This document shows, piece by piece, positions 55,791-64,000 of a DNA stretch of 64,000 bases. This DNA comes from Camelus ferus. Taxonomy: Eukaryota. The notes under the pieces were generated by a model, which ran no database searches, was not told the DNA's origin, and saw nothing but the letters and a program-made list of their open reading frames with translations. The position numbers and the translations under genes were made by a program. The stretch is from NCBI RefSeq assembly GCF_009834535.1, contig NC_045697.1:13580001-13644000 (forward strand), given 5' to 3'. Position 1 is the stretch's first letter. Each line of letters begins with the position of its first letter.

Positions 55791-58619
55791 ATAAGAACTA
55801 ACTAGTAAGATAAATCCAAGATACAGACCCATATCTAGCACGTGTCCTTTCTCCTATATCTTCTTTTTCTTCACCTTGGCACCTTCAGGCCATTGAACAA
55901 CACTTGGCACCTAGCCAATGCTTAATAAATATCTGGCCAATGAATGAACCCATTTATACTTACCAAGCACTTACATAATAATCATCACATCATGCTCCAC
56001 CATAGGTCTGAATAAGGAAGATGATGATTATCTAAGTAATAATGAATCATCTCAAAATTAGCAAGTTGCTTAAGATTTTTCAGAATAGATGGTGATATTT
56101 TATTTATATAAACCTGAACTACATAAGAAGTTCTTTACACAAGGCCTATAGATCCTTAGAGTCTAGAGTTGAAATGATTGAAGTTCATGACCTTCTTGAA
56201 TTTTGTATGGAATTTGTTGTTCATTTTTATAGAGAAAAGTCCCATAGATGTTTTTTAAATAACAATTTCTAAAGTCCTATGACGTTAAGATGATTAAGAA
56301 CCACAAGACTATCATTATTCCTATATTTATTATTTCTCTAAGATTATACCATTGAGAAAGAATAAGTTATTCAGGTACTTATTATGTTTATATCAGAGCC
56401 CTAACATTTTATGAGACAATAAAGGAAATGGAGCTGGAGATTCAGCATACTGAAAAAAAAATTATATGTTTTGCTTCAAACTTGTAATCCACCAATCCTA
56501 GCAATTTATATCTTTATTAAGAGAGCCAAACTATATTGAACAGTTGGTTTTTATTGACTTGGTTTGCTTTGTTTTGAAAGGAGAAGTGGGTGAAGGGTAT
56601 AGTTTTTCTCCTCCAATTTCTGAGAGCTGCCTTCTTGGAACACGCTGACAGGTATGCACGAAACATACATACTTCAAGCAAAACATCTGTTTCTTTCATC
56701 ACTTTCAAGTCAATTTGAAGTGCTTATGTTCTAAATATTAATAAGCAACCCCAGGCTTTGGCACTGCTTAGGTCTTATTTAGAAGGAATATATACACAAA
56801 CCACAAACCCTGAAGAAAGCACTTACTTTTCTGATAATGTTCTCATTTCAAAACAGATGTATGCTTGGATGTCTGAGAAAAATGTACAGTGGGTGTGTAT
56901 CATAATAACCAAATTTGATCTGTTTTAATGTAAACATTTTAAATGTTTTTATGTCAGTAAAATATAATGCTACTCATCAGATTATACAATAATATTAAGG
57001 TTTGATATTCTGTTTATATGGTAATTAAACTTTAAAAAGATGGCAACTTTAATTTCACATTGGTTGGACCATCTCTCTCCCATTACTGTATGTAACATAC
57101 TTGTCCTCTACATTAAATCCCCAATCCCCAAATTAAACTAGAACAGGAGAAAACTAGTTTAATAGTTTATATTTTAAACATAATAAAATGGAGATAAACA
57201 TATTTTAAGCTAATAAGATAGTATTTTCCTCATAGAAAAGTATGAAGATCATGGAATTATCCTGATTCTGTAAATTAGAAGACAGTTCATCCAGAAATAA
57301 ACAAAAAGAAAAGCAAATCTTGAACATCATCTTGCCTTCTAGTAGCAATTATAAGTTGGTTTCAAACAATTTCAGTGAAGCACAGCACACAAATAAATAA
57401 AAATTCAAGAGAAAACAAGTTGCAGTTAGTCTCCTGAGTTTCAGTACTGCATGAAATCCAAATCGGGCTTGGCTAGAGATATTCTGTTACTTCCTAAGGG
57501 AAATCAATACTCTTTAGAAAACAAAAGGGGGAAAAAAAGCATTTTCTTTTCTTTTTTTAACAAAAAAACTGCACCCAAATCTTGCTTCTAGAAGCTTAGA
57601 AGATTCACAGTCCCAGAGTGACTTCAGATAGCTTCATAGAAACAAAGACACACACAAAAAAATCAGGAAAGTTGCCAGAAGTTAACTGTATTCCCACTTG
57701 AAAGGGAAGGAAAATGAACCTTCCTGCTTTTTCTGAATTTCTAGGGGCGCTCAATTTTATTATTTCTCTCTCTTCTCTGAAAGCAAAAGTAGCTATCTTG
57801 AATTTTATATGAGTGCTTATGAAAGGAACATATTTCAGTCAACAGAATGAGACACAGACATCACTTTACCAGTGGAATACACGTTGTTGATCTTGAATGG
57901 CTTTCCTTTTAACTGAGAACACTTTTCAATAGTAAATAAATTTTACTTGCAGATATTGAATGAATTTGCAAGTATATTAACGTCAATAAGGACAACGATT
58001 TTCTTGCTTTCCCATGTAAGTTCTGGACAAGGACATCTCTGAATGTGCTCAAGGCTCCTGTCACCCTGTGGATTGGTCTGCCATGGGCATTGCCATCCTC
58101 ATGTGACCAGGTTAAAATGAACTTTTGGAAGTCTAGAAGGAAAACAAAGATACAAAGGGAACAGCCTCCTTACTTAGGAGTCTCTCTAGATAGAAAAGGA
58201 GAAAAAGTTTTCCCAACCATGTAGCATTTTTTGTTTGCTTTTTTTCATAGTAATTGGCAGGTTTTAAGATTTAAGAAAATTTATGTCCATTGTAGACATT
58301 AAAAATAGAGAAAACTTCATGAAGACATGAAAATTCAATTTTAGGCTTTGTGGCCATTTTCAGAATGATAGTTATATGTAAATAAAATACTTTTTACAGT
58401 TCCCAAACTTTATAACTTTATACTGTAATTTATATCAAGAAGATGACAAGCATGCAGAACAAGAGCAATTATTAACCATGTGTTTATGAGTTGAAATAAT
58501 TTTACCAACAGCTAACAGAGATGTTCAATTTTTCCTTCCTTTCATCTTCCAATAAGTTCAGTTCACTTTGTAGGAGACATTGTCAGTGCCCTGCTAATGT
58601 TCTAAGAATATCACCATTC

Positions 58620-58990
58620 CAGCTTGTTCTGTCTGATTGCCAGATGCTAAATCAGCATCTCTATACTGAGGGTTTTCCCAGCATCTCGGAGATCTTGTTC
58701 TGTCTTTGTGGGCTGCAGAATAAATATGTTGAAAAATTACATCCCCCAGGGTCTGACTGACAGGAGTTGGTATATAAATATCCCAGCTCTCTCACCCCTC
58801 AATTAGGAAAACTCTAAGATGTATAATTTCCACTACTTCCAGAATTTCCCAGAAGCATCAACCTACCTACAAGTGGTGTCTGACCAAAAGCACCACTTTT
58901 TTCAGGTATTTCCTTCATATCTCAAAGAAATTCTGAATTTTAATCCTAGCCTGTGGGTCTGCTTCTGGGAGAACCTAATCCAAGAGACAC
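58620..58990 (+). mobile_element. Old ERVL LTR (LTR16-like)
   Basis: 3' end GGGTCTGCTTCTGGGAGAACCTAATCCAAGAGACA. Confidence 0.55.
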
Positions 58991-59064
58991 TTCAATTGTT
59001 TTAAACAAGTTAACTCTTATTTATTAGAGTCTGTTATATTTCTTTGCTAAGCTAGACCCAAGAA

Positions 59065-59395
59065 CAAGGGTTGTCCACTCAAATACATTCAAGTGGAGAA
59101 CAGGCAGCAGATTTAAGAAGCAGACCAGGTGCAAACCTGATGTACATTACAGGGCATGAAGAAATTGAACGAAGATAGTCACTATTCAGCATCTGCCAAT
59201 TTTGCCTGGCAGGAATGCCAACCCCTATCTGCTGGATCTTCCTAGTTTTTCAGGCAAAACTAAAAAAATCTTGAAATTTTGATATTGTCAACTAATTAAA
59301 AAATGATTTATTATTTCTATAATACTCTTCAGGCCAACAAAACCTGTGTAAGGGCTGGATATGACCCAAAGCCTGTTCCTTTGTAAACTCCACAC
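59065..59395 (+). mobile_element. hAT-Charlie DNA transposon relic (MER102-like)
   Basis: CAAGGGTTGTCCACTCAAAT start and GGCCAACAAAAC..GGGCTGGATATGACCC..TTTGTAAACTCC end. Confidence 0.6.
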
Positions 59396-59684
59396 TGAGG
59401 AACAAAGATAAAGAATACCTGGTCCATAAATTATTAGTCTATTAGTTTTATTCTATTCTATTCTATTATTAAATTATTAGGTCTATTAGCAAAGAAATTT
59501 GCAACTTAGATAGGGTAATGTGCATGCAAGCCACTATCTATGAAGCTGAATTTAAGTGATAAATGAGAGATGAGTAATCATCAAATGATAGTTTGATGAG
59601 AAGAAAAGACATTCTGTTTGGAAATGATGGGGAAGAAGGGTTGACAAGAGTACAGGTCAGGAAAAGCTTTATGGAAAAGGAATG

Positions 59685-60856
59685 TACCCCACAAAGGACT
59701 TCAAATTGGCCAGCTTCTGCAGCTAATACAGCTGCAAAAGTTCAAAACTTGACAACAAGACCTGATCCATTACCCTCAATGGTGACACTTCCCAGTCCTA
59801 GTCTAATTTGGGGAACTACGACATGCCATGCCTGTCTCCAGAAGGTTTACAATGCCCATCAGCACGTAGTGGCTCTGAGAGTCCCTCGGTAGAGAATCTC
59901 ATTTGCCTTTATTTCCCCAGCATCTTCTCACTATTTTGAGTCCAGAGTATTTCTCATCTATGGGGGAACACCATTTGAGAACATGACGTTGTAGGAGTAT
60001 CTCTGATTCTAAGAGAAGCAACTAAAAAGGGGGAAATATAATTTATCTTCTTCAAATAACAAATATACCCAAGATCTTTATGATCATCCCATTTCTAAAA
60101 ATTTGGGCATACCAGAGCAGCGCCAGGACAGACTTGAATAGGATAAGGTTGCATGCATGAGTATGTGGACTTGAAGGCCAGTGTGTTTAAAATCTCCTTG
60201 AATTCCTTTACCCACAGTGTTCCTCAGTCTCCTACAATGGCATCTAGCAGTTGGTTCCTGTGGCTGTTGAGGAAATTAGCCAGCACTAACAAGACTCAAG
60301 CCTTAAACACTGCAATGGCAATTGAGAAGGAAGGTCCTTTGTGGGACACTTCTAAATAACACACTTCAATGTCAGCATTAGTGAGAGGAAGTGTTGGCTG
60401 TATCTCAGGACGTAAATCAATTCCAAAGCAAGTTCATCCACCAGGACCAACCCATAAACCAAACCAGAGGGTTGCTTGGGCCCAAAGGCAGAACACACAC
60501 CAAAACTCTTCTAATAATCAGGGAGAGAGCGACCCCTTGCTATGGAAATTAGCACCTTTCTTTCTCCATGTGCTCATATGACCGCAGTGGTCTTGGAGAA
60601 TACATTTGAAGATAGAGACTCTCCTACATTGTGGCTATAGTGGCTACTATCATCACAGATGTCCCAATGTGACAAGATAGTTACTAACTCACAATTTCAG
60701 ATATGGCACCATCTTATTGGTGAATCAGTCTGCTCACAAGCTCAGAGAACACTCTGGCCATGCTCACTCCACATCTCAGTGCAGCACTGGAACTGGGGCA
60801 CCTACAACCGGGGAGAAGACTTGACTTGACCCCAGCACACAGAGGAGACCCAGTCC
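59685..60856 (-). pseudogene. Candidate endogenous viral element: degraded fragment of a Mononegavirales (rhabdo/borna-like) L polymerase gene, connector domain to methyltransferase start
   Basis: Manual minus-strand translation gives, in order: GVSMARVFSEL (60770-60738); DDSSHYSHNVGESLSSNVFSK (from 60654) ...RGRSL...KQPSGLVYGLVLVDEL (VYG 60459-60451) ...FLSL; a frameshift, then LEVSHKGPSFSIAIAVFKA*VLLVLANFL...GD*GTLW (GPSFS 60337-60323, LW 60217-60212); YVLMGIVNLLETG (59868-59830); GNGSG (59774-59760). Order and approximate spacing match VSV L as recalled ([76 protein letters not shown]). No database search was run. Confidence 0.65.
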
Positions 60857-62515
60857 CAGGGATGTCCATTTCCACCACTTCTATTTAACATAATATTGGA
60901 ACTTCTAGCCACAGCAGTCAGACAAGAAAAAGAAATAAAAGACTTCCAAATTGGAAGGGAAGAAATAAAATGATTTTCAGATGGTGTGATATTTTATAAG
61001 AAAACATTGAAATCTCTACCCCAGAAGTATTAAAGCTAATAAATGAATTCAGCAAAGTTGCAGGATACACAATTACTATAGAGAAATCTGGTGCTTTTCT
61101 CTACATCATAATGAATTACCAGAAAAGGAAAATAAGAAAAAAAATCATATTCAAAATTGCATCAAAGTGGTAAAATATCTAAGAATAAGCTTAACCAAGG
61201 AGGTGAACAACCTATACTCTGAAAACTATGAAACATTAATGAAGGAAACTAAAGATGATACAAAGAAATGGGAAGATATCCCATGCTCTTTGGTTGAAAA
61301 CATTAATATTGCTAAAATGGCCACATCCCCCAAAACAATCTATAAATTTAATGCAACCTATATCAACATACACATGACATTTTCACAGAAATAGTACAAA
61401 TAATACTAAAATTCATATAGAACCATAAAAGAACTTGAATTGCCAAGGCAATCTTGAGAAAAAAGAACAAAACTGGAGGTATCACCCTCCCTGACTTCAG
61501 ACGATAGTACAAAACTACACTGATCAAAACAGCATGGTACTGGCACAGAGCAGACAACGATCAATGGAACAGAGTAGAAAGCCCAGACATAAACCCACAC
61601 ACCTATGGTTAATTAATCTACAACAAAGAAAGCAAGAACATACAGTAAGAAAATATAGTCTCTTTAACAAGTGGTGCTGGGAAAACAGGACAGCTACATA
61701 AAAAAAAAAGTGAGATTAGAACATTTCCTCATATCACATACAAAAATAAACTCAAAATGATTTAAAAACCTAAGTGCAAGACTTGAAACCATAAAATTCC
61801 TAGAAGAGAATATAAATCATAGCAATATTTTTTAAATCTGTCTTCTAAGACTAAAGAAATAAAAGCAAAAACTTAACAAATGTTACCTAATTAAACTTAA
61901 AATCTTTTGCACGGCAAAGGAAACCATCAACACAATGAAAAGATAACCTACAGGGTGGGAGAAAATATGTGCAAATGATATGGCTGACAAGGAGTTAATA
62001 GTCAGAATATAAAAACAGCTCATAAAACTCAGTACCAAAACCAACAAACAACCCAATCAAAAAAGGTGCAGAAGTTCTGTATGGACATGTTTGCAAAAAA
62101 GACCTACAGATTGCTAACCGACACGTGAGAAGATGCTCACCATTGCTAATTATTAGAGAAATACAAATCAAAATGAGAATGAGATATCATCTTACACCTG
62201 TCAGAAGGGCTGTCATCAAAAAGTCTACAAAAAACAAATATTGACTAGGATGTGAAGAAAAAGGAAATCTTGTACACTGCGAGGGGAACTGTCAATTGGT
62301 AGGGTATGGAGTTTCCTTAAAAAATTAGTAACAGAACTACCATATGATCCAGCAATTCCACTTCTGGACATACAGCTGGGAAAAACAAAAACACTAATTC
62401 AAAAAGATACATGCTCCCCAGTGTTCATAGCTGCACTGTTTACAATAAGCTAAGTTACTGAAGCAACCCAAGTGTCCCTCAACAGATGAATGGGTAAAGA
62501 TGTGATGTGTATATA
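60857..62515 (+). mobile_element. 5'-truncated LINE-1, ORF2 RT to C-terminus, degraded, no poly(A) tail seen
   Basis: Starts CAGGGATGTCCA (QGCP.. RT motif), then [13 protein letters not shown] 61167-61394 (KYLRISLTKEVNNLYSENY) is ORF2-like; the [13 protein letters not shown] cysteine-rich region lies near 62120. Confidence 0.95.
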
Positions 62516-62654
62516 TGTACACATTTTGTAGTAAGTTAGGAGGATAAAGAAACACTTTTCAGATGCCACCTGGTGCCAGATACCAAATCGAGTATACAGG
62601 AAATTCTACAGGGCAAATGACCCAGGATTCTCCATGAAAAAAATATAAAGGCAG

Positions 62655-62900
62655 AGAAAATCCAGAACACTGACAATACCAAATACCGGTGAGGATGTAG
62701 AGCAACAGGAATTCTCATTTACTGCTTGTGGGAATTCAAAATGGTACCCCCACTTTGGAAGTCAGTTTGGCGGTTTGTTACAAAAGTAGACATACTCTTA
62801 CCTTAGGGTCATGTTACACTCCTTGATATTTACTCAAAGGAAGTGAAAGCTTATAGTCACACAAAAGCCTGCACATAAATATTTATATCAGATTTATTTT
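62655..62900 (+). mobile_element. Older L1 (L1MC-like) ORF2-end fragment
   Basis: AAAATCCAGAACACTGACAATACCAAAT...GAGGATGTAGAGCAACAGGAATTCTCATT resembles the recalled old L1 3' ORF2 consensus. Confidence 0.75.
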
Positions 62901-64000
62901 AAAGAAGAAAGAAAGTTGCTTGCCAAACCCAGGGTCATATGTTTTTCCTCTCTGAGAAGAAAAGGGTCTCTATGAAAACCCTCACCTTTCCATTCTTCAG
63001 CCTGTTGTCCGCTGACTATGTATAATGACTGCCAATTAGTCAAAACATAACTAAGTTGGGGAAAAATGATGAGATAAAATAGGAGTATAATTATATTTAG
63101 CTTTAGAAATAACTTGTAAAATATACACTTTTATCAGCAGTGCATAAGTTACTGTTGCTCCATAGTTTGGTGAAGCTTTGTTACTGTTAGTAAGCTGGAA
63201 ATGAGTATAGTTCCCAGGTAATGGGAAAGTTTGGAAAAGCTTAAGCTTGCTGCCCTAATGAATTTTTTGGAAGTCGCTCTCACTGCAAAAGGTAGTCGCT
63301 CTCACCGTTACAGATTTTTACAAGCTATGCGGTTTCATGTGCTTCTTACATATGCATGTCTCTTACACTTTTCCATTGCTGTGCGAGGCTCAGGGAGAGC
63401 GGACTGAGTCTGAGTGCATCCCTCATCCCACAGTATCCCAGTTATGAGCGTCACTGACAGCCTTCTACACAGCTATGTTGAAATGCTTTGCCAAGTCCTT
63501 TTCCATAGCATCTTATGAAGATGATATAATAATTTATCAATAATAATTATAATCATAATATCAATCATTAAGTGAAGCAAAATGAGATTTTTTTCCTACG
63601 TATTTGCAAAAAATCGTAAAGGACAAAATTGTGATTCTAATTTTAGTGTGTAGTTCCAATTCAATGAGAAACTGATGCCCAATCTTAACTGATGTTAAGT
63701 TATCCCCAGGATAAGATGGTCTTCACCCCCTTCCTAATGTTCAAGTTATTATGATTGGTCCAGAAATTCTTCCTTCTTTCTTCTGTTGCTTTGTGACTAG
63801 TATGATCAGACACCTAGCTTGTCTGAGCCTGTCCCAGTTTATACCCATGGTTCTGGTGCAATTATTAATAAGTCCCCCTTTTTTTCTAATAAATGTCCTG
63901 GTTTGGAAGTAATTGCATGGTCTCTCTTCTTATAACTAATAGGCTTCTTGTTTTCTCAGTTTAACACAGGAATGACTGCCTGATGCTACGACTCTAACCT

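Noticed and set aside
59593..60581. Plus-strand ORFs 59593-59892, 60153-60359 and 60369-60581 as genes or a bornavirus N remnant
   Set aside because: Only trivial resemblance (PSL, VPR) to bornavirus N. They are better explained as antisense shadows of the minus-strand L-like frame.
1..64000. Prokaryotic systems (CRISPR arrays, operons, defence islands)
   Set aside because: The sequence is mammalian repeat-rich DNA with no regularly spaced repeat-spacer array or dense ORF organisation.

Overview
AT-rich mammalian non-coding DNA, probably camelid. That assignment is inferred from three tRNA-derived SINEs of the Vic-1 type and cetartiodactyl-style L1 3' ends. No cellular protein-coding gene could be supported: nearly all listed ORFs are chance frames or L1 ORF2 remnants. 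The window is a mosaic of L1, L2, MIR, MaLR/ERVL/ERV1 solo LTRs and hAT DNA-transposon relics. The notable exception is a ~1.17 kb non-repeat segment at ~59685-60856. On the minus strand it translates, through stops and frameshifts, into a series of motifs collinear with the connector domain and methyltransferase start (G-x-G-S-G) of a Mononegavirales L polymerase. It directly abuts the 5'-truncated end of an oppositely oriented L1, so it is a candidate endogenous non-retroviral RNA-virus element captured by L1. Repeat family names and viral alignments come from recalled consensus and protein sequences, not database searches, and boundaries of old repeats are approximate.
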